Origin: Azolla caroliniana
Lineage: Eukaryota > Plantae > Polypodiophyta
DNA: 64,000 nucleotides
NCBI GenBank assembly: GCA_043228905.1
Contig: JBHGNT010000004.1
Location: forward strand, 25,854,001-25,918,000
Direction: 5' to 3'
This document shows positions 49,878-63,725 of this stretch, piece by piece. The position numbers were made by a program, and so were the translations under genes. The first letter of the stretch is position 1. Every line of letters begins with the position of its first letter. The notes under the pieces are model-generated. The model was not told the DNA's origin. It did not search any database and was given only the letters and a program-made list of their open reading frames with translations.

Positions 49878-52800
49878 TTAGATTTGCAATGCCTTAACAC
49901 GAGATGTCAGCTCTCTGACTTGGTTTCGGAGTCGGTCTGGTGCACAAAAGAAATCTACAAAAACTTGCCTTTCACGACCTACCTCATGAGGGTGATGTTT
50001 TACAATCTGAAAAATGATATCATATCACACACAAGTTGAAGTTAATTTAAGTTTAGCACAGTTTTCTCTGAAAAATGATAAAAATTCAAATGTACCTCTG
50101 CTTTCTCCCGATGTTCCCGTGTAACCTCTTCTAAAGCAATTGACAGCTGGGAATTTACCTTCTCCATCTCTGCTAGCTCTTTTAATAGTGGCTGTGAGAA
50201 AACCAGCATTTCATTCAACAGTAGTGATAAGGAAATGATTGTACAATGTGAAGAAAACATCACATTGTTTTAACTTCTGGATTTGTTGTCAGCAATTAAT
50301 AAACAGCATGTATCTACAAAACTTCCTAGTACAAAATAAGAAATAACAGAACCACAACTGTTACCCAGGGACTTAGAACAGGCTGAGCAGTGGTGGACGA
50401 AGCAAAAAGAAGCTGCTGCAGTCTATGTATTATCTCACAACTGAAAGCAAAACAGAGCATCTAATGTGAGCACATGTAACCTTGGTCTTAATGAGTGCAT
50501 CCTATGATTTCACTTACAGTTCATTTATACACTTGTTCTTCTCATCTAGTACAGAACTGTCAAGTTCAGTTTTCAGGTATTGTAATTCTGTCTGTAAGCT
50601 GTTGATCTGCTGAACGAGTCCTGGTGCTGATACATAAATTGGGGCACCCTGATCATCTAAACACACAACAGAACAGTTTACAAAAACTCGCCAGCTTAAA
50701 ATATAGAACAGTTATTCTATAGCTTTTCTGAATATTCAACCTTCAAGATCTACGACTTACTTGCATGAATGTTGAGCAGATCCCTGACTCTATGTAGAAG
50801 TGTGTCTCGATCATCAACTGCACCTTGCTCTTGAACCTCTGCACCAGCTTGGATCAAGGCAGAGCACCTTTCCTGTCAGAAAATCAGCAAAAAAGTTATC
50901 TTTATTAACAATCCATTGATTTCCGAAAGTTGCAGAGAGAAGGATACCACTTACCAATCGACCCAAAATTGATTGAGTGAACAATGATAGCTCAGCCTCA
51001 ATAACCCTCAAAAGTTCATTTGCTCCATTCATTGTCTTTCGTTCTAGATGGCATGCGATTTGTAGAAAGCGATGGCGAGCCAATTGATTCACAAGATGAC
51101 TTATAAACTGAAAATAAAGAGCAAATACGTGAAGGCAAACAAGGTTCAGTACTACATACAATTAATATGATGAATCAAGCATGTATGATAGCTACACTGA
51201 ATATTATAAACATACATGACGACAAGAGTGTGCAATATACAAATTCATCATCACGGGAGTGAAAAATGCTTTATAGGGAACATGGAAAACAACAACGCAA
51301 CCTGACGTTACCGTTATGACATCTCATATCTATGGCTCCTTTATTGGCTTTCCTAAACTGAAGTTTATATTAGCATAAATTGTGTGCTTCAGACTTGTAC
51401 ATCATAATCACCGAACTGCAGTGTACTGAAGTGCAAACTTCCACATGATTGTACCAGAAAATAAATATGCATGTGTGACCCCAATCTCTGGAGATTCGAA
51501 GCCCAGTGAAGCTCTCCTTTTGTTGATATGATGGCAGGTGAAGGCTTTGAACGATGCCATATAATTCAGCTTCTAACAGAGTGCCTTATAATTCTTGAGA
51601 TCATACTCATAGTTCTTGAAGCTCACAGAAACTCATCAAATGTAAAATCTCAATTCCAGGAGATCCTCACAAACTTCCAGCTTAAGGAACTGCAATGTAT
51701 CTATGAATTTTTTCTTTATATGTATGAGCATATGCCTTCTACCTCTCATGCATAGAGATGGAAATAAAATGAAGTCATAGAAGTAGAATGCAAAAGAACT
51801 GAAACAGCATACAAGAACAAGAAAATATGAAAAAAAACGTGGAGATTCAGACTGTCTGAATGTCTTATGAAGCTGTTGAAATTGAGTGGAAGTTTGAAAG
51901 ACTATTTTGATGGGGCACTGATATATGAGAGGTTGCTGCCTATGAAAAACTAGAACTAATCTACAGGAAGCTACTGAAGACGACATCTTTGCGAAAATGT
52001 GAGTAATAGCACCTAGTGCCACATCACCGGAGCATTCTTTTTTAATTTCCTTCTTTGGCCTCCAGTGCAGAATATTGTCTGAGTGGTGACAGGAACAGAC
52101 ATGCAATCTGGAGTGTTTGCAGGTAGGAATGCAGGAATGTTGGTGTAGCAAAATCCGTTGGAAATCTTATTTTTTGAGCCAGAAAAAAAAAAAAAATTTG
52201 GAAGGACAAAAATTATTCTAAAAAAGAAAACTAGATATTTGAAAGTTCAGGTTTGATCAACACGATTTCACCAAATATATTTCAATATAGATACTTTATT
52301 TGTCCAAATAAATTTATCAGAGAAAAGATTAATGGGGATCCTATGGATTCATACAGATTTCCAATCAGTAAATTCTTGGTTTCCAAAATACATCAGTTGG
52401 CACACATTCAATACCACACTTGTCTAAGGCTTTAAATGAGAATTTTATCAATGAACTTGCATAATCATATGTCTGGAGAGCAAAATCATATGTTTTGTTG
52501 GCTTAAAAGACTACTCTTCACATTGTTCAGACATATTTGTATATCTATGCACACACATTTGCAATGTATATTTGAAGTACTCACATGTTTCTGTTGTGAT
52601 ATATAATACTCTTGGCGCATGACTTTTAAATCATAGTCACCTGCATAAATACTTTATTACTCTCCAAATCATAAATAGGGCCAAATTTTCATAAAATATT
52701 AGCTCAGGTAGGAAAACAGAACCTTGTAAAATGTATGTGTCTTGAAGTTGAGCAAGCTCTGAGCACAATTTTGGAATGACCTGAAAATATATATAAATAA

Positions 52801-55800
52801 TTATAGAGTTCTTTTTGGCACTATCACGCCACCCTATAGTTTGCAAATAGCCTCTATGTTCACCTCTGATAAAAACTTCTCTTCTTTCTGAATCAGGGTA
52901 TACATTTCATTTCCAATTTCAGAATGCCTCCGCCTGTGCATAAAATAATTTATTATAACATCTCTCCTTTCCTATGTCTCTCTTGCTCTATCGCAAACTT
53001 TGACCTCATTTGCTTAACTGGAGCATAGACATTTAACACTCCAGAGCACACATAAATATTTTATTCTAAACAATATATATAAGCTATTAAACTTCCTCAT
53101 TGGAAAGGTCTATCAATTGATAAAGCAGAAGACAACCTTTGCACTGAAATTACCTAAGGAAATGAAGATCAGAGTGTACATGAGCTTCATCTGCTGAAGC
53201 TTGCATTTTTATCGTTGCAAGCACAGCTTGTTGCTTTGCATTTTCAACCTGTGCTTCTACCCACTGTCTCTCACTGATTCCGAAGCTGTAAAAGTAAAAG
53301 AACTTAGCCAGATGGGAAGCCATTTGCTCGCTCACAGAGATCTTAACAAAACATTTCCTTTTCAAGCATGATAGACACAGTTCTCCAATGTTAATACGCT
53401 TGAATATTACATGAAAAGTTAATGAGTGATCATTTTAGTGTCATTGAATACACACATTGATCGTAATCGTTGGAGCTCCACAACTCGATGGTGATACATT
53501 TTCTCTAAGTCCCCTAGTGAAACCACAGAAACAACAAGATGGTCAAAAAAAGAAAAGAAGATTTTTAGTTCCAACATAAATCTTGTGTGAAATGGGATTT
53601 TCAGCATGTCCATTCAAAACCAAAATATGCATTCCTAAACTGTATCCCCAAAGGTAAGATGGCTTCTAATATTCCTTCTCAAAAAAATTGTCTACAGAGC
53701 ATCTGGATGCAATACGGAGCGGAGCGTAAATGCATATTTGTACAGTTGCAATCACAATTGCAAGCATTTTCTGTCTAAATTTTTGGGAGGAACTTCAAGG
53801 TATGCATTATACGAGGTTAGGCAAGAATGTCCACTTTATTATTGTAACTTTCATTCCCCAAATCCAAATTTGCGGAGAGATTTTCTTAATTTTATAAATC
53901 AATGCCCACTAGACTTAGGCATGAAAACAAGTTACAACTCGTATTTCTTCCAAATAATCATCCAACCTTTGCAGACATATCTTATAGCAGAAACGTCATT
54001 CCAATGTTTCCAAAATGCCTTTTACTGGACACTAAAGGCTGGAATGTTCTATGAGCCAGATACTGCTTCTGTGTAGAGGCTGGCTGCGCAAAAATGTCCC
54101 CTCCTATTGTGACTGTACTTTTCCTACATCCAAATTTGCAGATTTGTCGGAACTTACACCATTATTTTATATACTAATGCCGCTAGCCTTGAGTACTAAA
54201 ACAGGTTATAAGCCTAGTGTGTTCTAAATTTTCATCTGCTCTAGTTTTTCAGCAATGCTTCTGCATTTAAAAAATAGGTCCTCATAGCCACCTACAGCTC
54301 TCAAAAATGAATGAAAAAAACTTTTGCTTGCGCATCCTAGGGAAAATGTAGCATGCAGACTAAGAAATGATGACAGAAATGTGCAGAGAACATCATGTCC
54401 ATCTCAATAACCAAAGTTAACACTTATGATATCTGGAAAAATACAGCTAATAATAATGAGGTTTAAATCTTACCACGTGCATAACGATTTGTCACATCAT
54501 CAAGACTCACCCAAGAGCACTTTGACTTTCCCTCCTCTGCCACTAATCGTGAGGGACCCTGGAAGCTCAAAAATCATTATCAACATGAGGATAAACTTAT
54601 CACCCTCAGCTTCTACCAAGAAGATATAAATGTCAGATAAAAACAACCATTTGTCTTGCAATACTGGAAGACCACAGAAAGATAGAATTTATGTATTTGT
54701 ATGTGCACCTACTCATCGTCTTTGTTTACGACTGAACCGTAGCAAATGGAAGTGAATTGAGCGTGGACGTTGAGTTAGAGACATTTAGCACCTTTAGGTA
54801 TGTATGTGACAGGGGGGCTGTGTTTCAATCTATAATGAGGGGCTGTGTTTTGATCTATAATGAACCTCAGGCCATCTTTGTAAAAGTGCCATTCTGCAGC
54901 AAGATAATACTCGAGTATTAATGTGACAAAGAAACAATGGTACAAGCATCCATGCTTGACTTGGCATCCTTCTCCACAAGATGAGTCAGAGATCTAGAGT
55001 AAGCTGGCAGATTATAGCATGATTATAAGACAATGCCCTACGCTTTGCAAGGAATCATCAGAAAGAATTAAATTGCTGCTTTGTAAGTCAGCAGTACTCA
55101 GGACATCTTGGTGGGAAGGGGGTCATTTGGTTCATTCAGGATGCTCCTCTTCTCCACCCTCTGCCCACTTTTGTACCTCCGCATTCCTGATGATGTTACA
55201 CCTCCCTCTCCTTGTATACTCCTCAATGCAATTATTTAATGACTATAAATAAGACAATTTCCTATCTTTTGTAAGGAATCATCGAAAAGAATTAAATTAC
55301 AGCTATGCAAGTCAGCAATAACCAGGCCATCTTGGTGGGAAGGGGGTCATTCGGTTCACTCAGGATAGTCTACTCCACCCTCTGCCCAATTTTGGACCTC
55401 CTCATCCCTAATGATGTTACTACTCACTCTCCACCTTACGGCTATAAATTGGGGAAAAGGGGGCAGAGAAGTCCTAGCCAGTGCATAAGGAAACCATCCG
55501 TTAAGGAAAGGTTTATAATCAAAAAGTTAACGCTACACAATGTAAGGAAAAAGGGGGCAGAGTTCAAGTCCTGGCCAACACAGAAGGGTGATATCCTTTT
55601 CGAGGAGGGCAGAGCCCATAAATAAGAGGATTTATTGCTTATTTGTGGATTTCTGAAAATCCTTTGACACTGTGCGACATGCTCGGTTTAGGCAATGGCT
55701 AGAAGCCCTTGGTGTCCCTATAGATATGTAACTTAGGAGTTCATGCATTGTATGAACCCGTGTCAAGAAAAGTGTGATCTCCCAATGGTTTGTCAAATAT

Positions 55801-58800
55801 AGAGACTGAAGTGTGTGGGTGATAGTAGGCATCCTTGTTTTACTCTGATTGTCCTAGCCACCGATCACATTACATAGAGAGATTCAAGGGTTCGGGAGCA
55901 TGGGAGCATGCCTAGCAGCTTTAGCCATACAAATACTACTATATGCTGATGATATTGTGCTGATTTCTGACTCTCCAGAGGAACTACAAAGACATCTAAA
56001 CGCCTTAAAGGTATTTTGTACGGACAAAGGATTGTTGTTAAACATGGATAAAACTTAAGTGAGAGTGTTTAACATCACTCAAGCATGGGTAACAAGATCA
56101 GAACCAGAATTCTTCTTAGGGGGGAAAAGATGGCATACAAATGTTCCTTCACATACCTAGAATTAACATATACAGGACATAAGTTCTCCTTACGGTGTTC
56201 CTTCACATACCTAGAATTAACATATACAGGACATAAGTTCTCCTTACGGGAGGCTTCTTGTGCCCTACTTTCTCGTGCATATGCCACCCTTGGTGCTCTC
56301 AAAAGACAACGTGCACATTTGCAATTCCAAGAGACAATAACTAATTGTAGCTATTTGATATACTTGGACACCAACTCTTCTATATCGAGTAGAAACATGG
56401 GGACCAACTCTTAACAAGGCAAATAATTGGAAAGATTTAAAGAGAACTTTCGCCTAATTGATTGTCCGCATGATAAGGAGTAAAGCATCAGTGCCCTATG
56501 ATATAATCTGTGCAAAGATGGGAGCAGCCTGTATAATCATCAAGGCATTATTTCTATCACTTACCTATATCCAACAGTTTTGGGAGCTCCCTAGAAGAAG
56601 ATACTCAAGGTTCGCATTTATGTCATCAAAACAACTTGCTGAACATGCAAATATTCAAAGTTGGTATCCTGAAATGCAACAATATAGCTTGGATTGTCTG
56701 AGTGGAAATGCAACAATATAGCCTCTTTAAGTAAGGCTTTGGCCCACTACATAGGTAATAAAATATGAGGACCAACAGTCTTAGGGCTTTTCTTGCTAGA
56801 ACTCAAGAGACACAAGGAAAAGTTGTTGTGAAGGACAACAATACAACCACACAAGCTCATCAACAAAGAGCAATCACAACTTTCTTTAGCCCCATCACTC
56901 CTACTCATTCTACAAGTCAATCAAGGGCTACACAAGTGGGCTCCCTACAAGGTCATAACAAAGGGGTTATAATAGATCAGGCAATAGAAAGTTATCATGC
57001 ACATAAGCCCCGGCCCCATGGACCACAATCTCACCACCCTTGGCATCGGCAAATACTTACATGTACCCATAAAAATATTCCTTAGTCTCTTTTAATCTTA
57101 TATCCTTTTTTTACTTAGTAGCATGAATTTATTTTGATTTGTTGTTCTCAGAGACGAGATAACACTTAATATGTAATCTCTTATTTGGTCTTATTGGCCA
57201 TTTTGGCCTCTTAAAAAACGTCAATATATCTTTCTTTCTTTCCTCTCCTTGAATACTCCTCTATGCAAGTATAGCATGATTATAACACAATTCCCCACAT
57301 TTTGTGAGGAAACATCAAAACGAATTACGGATTTGTAAGTCAGCAGCACTCACTATATCAAATTGTTTCACAAACCACTGATTGAGTTCCCTTGTGCATA
57401 CTGAATCTTGAACTGTGTATGACTGCAAGTCCATGAAAGAGATATATATCCCATCCTCTGAAAAAACAATCAAACATACATTCAACCATCATTAATATAT
57501 TCACAGAAAAGCCAGAAAACTAAAGCCATCATATATTGCAAAAAGAATCAAATTAAATAAGCAGCTACACTTGTTTTTATAATCAAAACTTGACTCAATG
57601 TTCAATGCAATAAATGCATCAGAAAATATAAATGCTATTATAAAATTTAGATGTCACATCTGCTGTTACACTATCTGTACTCTTCATATCTGACAGCGCA
57701 CATTTTGGATGTTCCTCATCAAGAAAATGCAAATAAAATCACTAGTCAAGAAGTTGGCATCCAGAGGTTGGTGTCTGAATATGAACTCACTGCTGGGGGC
57801 TATGGATCCACAAATTTTATTTTATGGCTCAGCTGTCATACTTCCCAAAAAACTTTACCAATATATATAGATTCCTAGTAGTAGGAAATTACATGCACTT
57901 TACCTTCCCCAGAATGATAATGAGCAAGCTCTTGAGAAGAAGAAGAAATCTTTTCCAGAACTGAATTTACCTGTAGTTGAAAAAATACATAAGGAACTGC
58001 ACAGAGATAGTTAACGCTTCAGAAGTCAATCAGAAATGAATAAGACACAAATATCTACCACCATTTTGTTCAAAAAAAGTGGAGATTTGTTCTTTTGTTT
58101 GTTCTGTGCACAAATATTTTCACAGTTTACAAGTACACCCACTAGATGTTTGCATACAAACATCTACAAGTACATACAGATACTAGCGACACTGTTGTGC
58201 TTACATGCATATGTAGATGTAGCTATGTGTATGCACACATATATATGTGCATGCTTACATGTGTACATAGATACATGTGTATTGGTTTTTGTACCATATA
58301 CTCAAATATATGCATCCACAAATACAAACCAAGAACCCTACTTGAAGGTTGGGTCCCAGCCCAACTGAAGGAACCAAAAACACCTTTGAGAAATTGCCGT
58401 AACACACGTTGGAGAATCAAAAACGCCATTTCAGATTTGATACCAACCCAAATTAGAGAACCAAAAAATACTCTCAAGAAATTGTTAACTAAAACACACG
58501 TGTAATGCTAAGCTATTCTCACCCTACACCATCATCTCACATTGTACGTGAGGCCAAAGTCCACAATATGATATCAAAATTGTTGAGAGGCCGAACTGGA
58601 ACATTTATGTTGTATTTGCATATAGCATATATGGCACAAACACCAATGCACTATCATACATAATCACCTATGCATCACATACACATATAATACATTAACA
58701 TAATACCTATATTGATATAGTGTGATATCATCACGAAGTCTGAGTTCCATACACACATAATACAGAAAAAGAATATTTATATACATATATGTATTATCAT

Positions 58801-61152
58801 TGTGATTAAGAGCTTCAATCTTGCCATGAACATACGAGCACTCATGCTTTTTAGCATTAGAATCACATCACCAGCAGACAAATCCATGTCAGTGGCATAA
58901 AAATCACATACAATGAAGTGAGTAAGAGGGTTCTCCAATGCGTTCTTACCTCCACATTCCTATTGGCAAGCTTTTCCTCTACTAAAAGCAATTGTTCATT
59001 TGCAGATAAAGCAGCAGCACTTCTAGTTCTCCTCCCTTGAATCAAAGTAGACGCTTGTCCTGATAGCACATCCAATTGTGCCTGTAACCGCTGAATCTGT
59101 TTGTGCAATTCTGCAGCCTCAGATTTCAACGATGAAGTTGCATCCCTGACCAAATATTGTTTGAAAGGGAATAAGGGCACAAATTATAGTCATATGAACT
59201 CATGCAGTGCACTTACATCTGATAAATATGGTAATGTCCATAGATCTACTTAGTGTACTCATTATGCTACATTGGAAGAGCAACATTCTGATGAGATTGC
59301 CCAGCACCACGTAAATGTCAAGGATAATGATCACAGAGGTGAAAGCAATATCAGCTTGTGAATACAAAGAAATTCAAGGGAAAATCCTTTACATCTACCA
59401 TAGGGAAGTAACTTTGTCATACCACAAGCCCAAATTGCCCTTGACTAGATAAGGAAAACACTGGCCAGGATGAGAGATTATGGTACTAGAGAGTTTCCTA
59501 TTATAGGACCATGTTGAATGAAATCAAAATCAAAAGAAGACTTCAACTCACCTAATTTCTTTCACCGATTCTTCTGTACCCAAGACAGCCTCTTGATTAC
59601 TTCGGCGGTTCGAAAATGCTGAGACACTGTGATATGCAAAATCCAGATCATCCCCCTGAATAAAGTTAAAGTATAATCAACAAGTCTACCTACCTTCTTA
59701 TAATTTTAAAACAAATCCATAAATGTTCATAAATGCCAATGAATGTTCTTCCTTTTCTGGAGGTAATGTGTGCTTTTGAATATTACGTTTATGCAAAGAA
59801 TGCAACAAGAAAGCTAACTGATCAGCAACAGACCTTAAGGGTGTATGTATTATAAAATATCAGAGTCCCTAGTAACCTACAACCAGCTAAAATGCAGTTT
59901 GTGAGTAATGTCACGCATATATCGCACCTTTGACTTTTGCTCTGTGCAGGCAGATGTATCATTCATTGCAATCTTCTATAAAGGATGTGCATACTCGGTC
60001 AGCTTACAAAATGATTATCTTGGACCTTTGACTTATGTAAGGAGTTCAGTTATTACTGTATAGAATGAGAACTATACAATATTCTCCATCTAGCTCGACC
60101 CAAGAGCCATTCAATTATGACTAATTTCATGTTCTAGAAGATTCAATAGATGCTTTGTGGAATGACAACTATCCATCAATAGCTAACTATTCACCTAAGT
60201 TTACCCCGTGGTTATTCAATAATCACTGACTTCATGTCCTCATAAGAACATAGTTAGCTTGAATCAACTGACCAGCATCCACACAAATCCTAGCAGATTC
60301 CTCCTGTCTGTTATTTATCTAGAATCCATACATATACAACAAACATTCCTAAGCACCAGTATCAAACATACCTCGAGTAGTTTACCATCCACTAAAAGAT
60401 CTTGGTACCTGTGACAGGAACGAGCTATTTAATACAGTAACTATGGGGTATATAGAGATTTATAAAGAACTGTAAAATGCAACATTAACAATATTAATTA
60501 AGGTCACAGATATTAACTATCAATTTCAAACCATTTAGTTATAGGAAGCTAGTTTAGACACTGTTTAACATATGTCAATAAACAATCTATTTCATAGGCC
60601 CATAGGTCCTATTTCTGAATTCCCTAGGATGTTAAAATATAAACAACTCATGTCTCATCAGACTTAATTTTATTAAGCAACTGGGGTCAAATCTCACAAA
60701 TATCAATGCTTTACTAGAAGCGTCTGTGGAATATAAGGGGGTCCACCAGCTAAGCTATATCCGTCTCCACTCAAATACACAGTCTCTATCAGATGCAACC
60801 TTTCCAGCTGAGCTACATCCATCTCTGCTCATACACACAGTCTCCATCTTCGATAGCCCGTAATGGAGGAGATCATTCAAAGTCTGAAGTTTGGGTCCAT
60901 CTAAGAGATCAGACGTATATAATTTTTTAAGGTGATGTCTTTGGCTGGGTTTCATAAAACATTCTGGCCTCTTAAGAGACCTCAATCTCTCTCTCTCTCT
61001 CTCTCAAATCCTCATCACACACACACACTATATATATATATATCTCCTCTCTCATTCTCAAATATTCATCACGCACCTACACTATCACCTCTCTCTCAAT
61101 TTTTCGATTAGACATACTCTTTCTCTCTAAAATCCTCATTCACACAGACATT

Positions 61153-61201
<49 letters not shown>

Positions 61202-61470
61202 ACGAAAAGTAAGACAGTGAGAGACAGAAAGAGATTTTGGTCCTCTTGTTTTCTTTTTCTTAACTGTAGGGCTTCGGTGGCCGAAAGGACGTTGGAAGGG
61301 CGGAGGTTGGAGCAGAGCCATTGGAGCAGGGGGCGGGTCTCTTCGTACTGGAAAGGCCACTCGAAGCTGTCAGGATCCAGGTCCTGCCATCTCTCCTTCT
61401 CTTTCCCATACCCCACCTCCACCAGAACATCGCACAGCCTCGCACCGCTGCTCATCGCTGCAGCTGCCAT
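49878..61470 (-). CDS. AUG3: Augmin (HAUS) complex subunit 3 (~625 aa)
   Basis: Exons (minus) 61470-61265, 60408-60372, 59655-59552, 59145-58950, 57970-57904, 57457-57354, 54558-54474, 53513-53456, 53285-53154, 52933-52864, 52780-52723, 52640-52585, 51107-50955, 50872-50761, 50656-50518, 50440-50365, 50191-50096 and 50006-49878, all GT-AG and in phase. Peptides [83 protein letters not shown] and VFVDFFC match plant AUG3. The start may instead be the Met at 61455. Confidence 0.96.
55010..57352. repeat. ~230-bp tandem repeat (about 2.5 copies) in AUG3 intron 6, interrupted by the LINE
   Basis: AAGGAATCATC...GAATTAAATT...AAGTCAGCA...CATCTTGGTGGGAAGGGGGTCATT occurs at ~55049 and ~55273. The unit resumes after the LINE at 57243 (CTCTCCTTG.ATACTCCTC.ATGCAA...GTAAGTCAGCAG). 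Confidence 0.8.
55433..57242 (+). mobile_element. 5'-truncated RTEX-like LINE in AUG3 intron 6, antisense to AUG3
   Basis: [14 protein letters not shown] (~55630), [21 protein letters not shown] (~55935) and FTYLE. Internal 54-bp tandem duplication (56142-56249). 3' hairpin at 57196-57208 and (TCTT)n tail. Putative TSD CTCTCC at 55427-55432 and 57243-57248. Confidence 0.85.
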
Positions 61471-61684
61471 CAAAGAAAGAGAGACAGACGCGCAGGGACC
61501 AGAAAACACAGAGAGACAGAGACAGAGAGACAGAGAGCGGCTTCTGTGTGTGTGTGTGTGTGTGTGTGTGGGGAATCGAAGCTTCTGAGCGAAGCAAGGC
61601 TTCAAACAGAAAAACAGGAACATCCAAAAATTTAAAGCGTTTCTTTATTTCCTTTAGGCTTGAGCTTTAGGCTTGAGCTTCCTT

Positions 61685-61800
61685 AACCGTTTGGAGCTCG
61701 GTTTGGGATGGCTCACACTGAACGGATTTGGGCCAACCCGGTTACCGAGCCGGTTAAGGCTTAATCAACTTGGCTAAACCACTTAAGCCGAAACCGAATG
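61685..61800 (-). promoter_or_regulatory. Candidate AUG3 proximal promoter with AACGG (MSA-like) and TGGGCC (site II) motifs
   Basis: CCGTT at 61687-61691, AACGG at 61721-61725 and TGGGCC at 61729-61734, about 220-260 bp upstream of the ATG. Confidence 0.35.
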
Positions 61801-63584
61801 CCTAGCACCGAATTCGTAGACTCCATATAAATAATGTAGACGTGAGAATTTTGTTATGGATGTTAACACTACCACTATAGCTTTTCAAAATTTCTTTAGT
61901 ACAAGTGAAAACCATGGAAACTATAGGAAGTTGTAAATCATAAAACAAGAATGAATAAATCAATCATAAGAGATAAACCTGTTGGGTAAGTATAGGGTGT
62001 GTTAAAAAAATGATCATGCAATGCATTGCTTGATGTGCATGTATACATGCTTCCCCCTTGGAGACATGGTCATGTCATGGTCAATTACTACCCACACAAA
62101 CATGCCCCTCGTGAGAAGCCGTCCTATGTACATGTTGTAAACATTGATATAATCTCAAGCCACACAAAGATTTTTAATTACGCCATAATTTTTAAGAGGA
62201 TTCAACATTGACAGTGTTATATTATTGTTCATGGAATGTTCTCATATGTAATGATAAATTTTCACATGATGATGAGCTTTTTATGGAATGATTATTCCCA
62301 AGCAAATGTGCACGTGTGTGTGTGTGTGTGTGTGTATTATATAAGATTGGGGTGCTTTCCATGGGTGACCATGTGTATGGAAGTGCATATGAATTCTAGG
62401 TATGCATATATTGTGAGATTATTATGTGCAACCTACTCGAAAGTGTGCATATATGTTTTGATTATACTATAAAGTTGTGATTCATTTATAAGATTAAGAA
62501 GGGAAGGACCAAGTTATGGTTGTGATGCAAACGGATATGTGATCGATAATCATACATCCTCTCAAGGTATGACATTGGCATGGTGTCATCGAGCAATTTG
62601 ATTGGATCTTGAAATTAAGTTGATGATGTTTGACGATGCAACTAGTTCCATTCAACAATATTCTTTGTGTTGGAAGATAAAATTTTAGAGGGAACACCCA
62701 TCATGATACCCTTCACGTGCTTGCAAACTTAACACACAAAGTTCCCTTATTTGTTAAATCCCACCATTCGTGCCCAAAAATTGTAAATGTTGAGAGACAT
62801 TCAATTTAAGCGAGTTGAAAGCATCCTCATAACTTGGCATTGTCTTACGACCCCTCCCCCCCCCCCCCCCCCCCCGGAGTAAATTTTAATACTCTTGCAA
62901 TGTGACATGATCATAATCATACACATTGCCAATTTGGCCCTCCTACACAATGGGTGTTGGCCTAATGTTGTTGTTACTAGGGGTGTAAGCTTGATTGTCA
63001 ATGATTGATCATTCAACCTTGCTCTAATACTTGTTGGGATACAAGTTTTTTGAGAGATCAATATTTCTAATCGTGTCCATGCGCTTGACGACAAAGATTC
63101 CATGACTTTGTCTAGTCGTTCACACCCCCAAATCTTAATGTGTTGGGAACCCTAGGTTTAGTGAACTTGTATTAGGCACTATTTTCAACCTTTGGGTTAC
63201 AAAGACTGAAGTTTTAAATCCATATGCTTCGACACCACTAGATAACTCGAGCATTCTCGCATTATAACTTATGCAACATCAAAACTCTTACTTGATACTT
63301 CAAACCATAATGGTTGGTATGTTACAAATCATAAGGTTAAGAACTATACCAACATGTTGATCCATTTATTATTAGGAACTTAGTTTAAAAAAAGATCCCT
63401 TGAGCATATAATCTTGAATCAACCATTTGGCTAGATTAGGTGCGATAAATCATTCATGACTACAATTACTTGTAGCTATGATTAGAAATTATACATTCAA
63501 AACGCGTGTATTTAATTGGTTACTTCCTAATTACACGGTAGTAGAATATATTAGAAGCCAAATTTCTTTGTCGGTGACGATCGG

Positions 63585-63725
63585 CAACGGTTCGGTTTGG
63601 TTCGAGAGTGTCAAAACTGAACCGTTAAAAATGTTTGAAACTTGAACCGAAAAAAACCATGAAACTGTTTAGAACAAATCCAAACCGATATACCAATAAC
63701 TCGTTAAAACTGTGGTTTCGATTTT
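63585..63725. mobile_element. Fragment of an AACCG-repeat non-autonomous DNA transposon
   Basis: CGGTTCGGTTTGGTTCG followed by multiple (G/A)AACCG motifs, similar to the element at 47733-48331. Confidence 0.4.

Noticed and set aside
51636-52151. 171-aa minus-strand ORF in AUG3 intron 12
   Set aside because: No recognisable homology, and AUG3 is complete without it.
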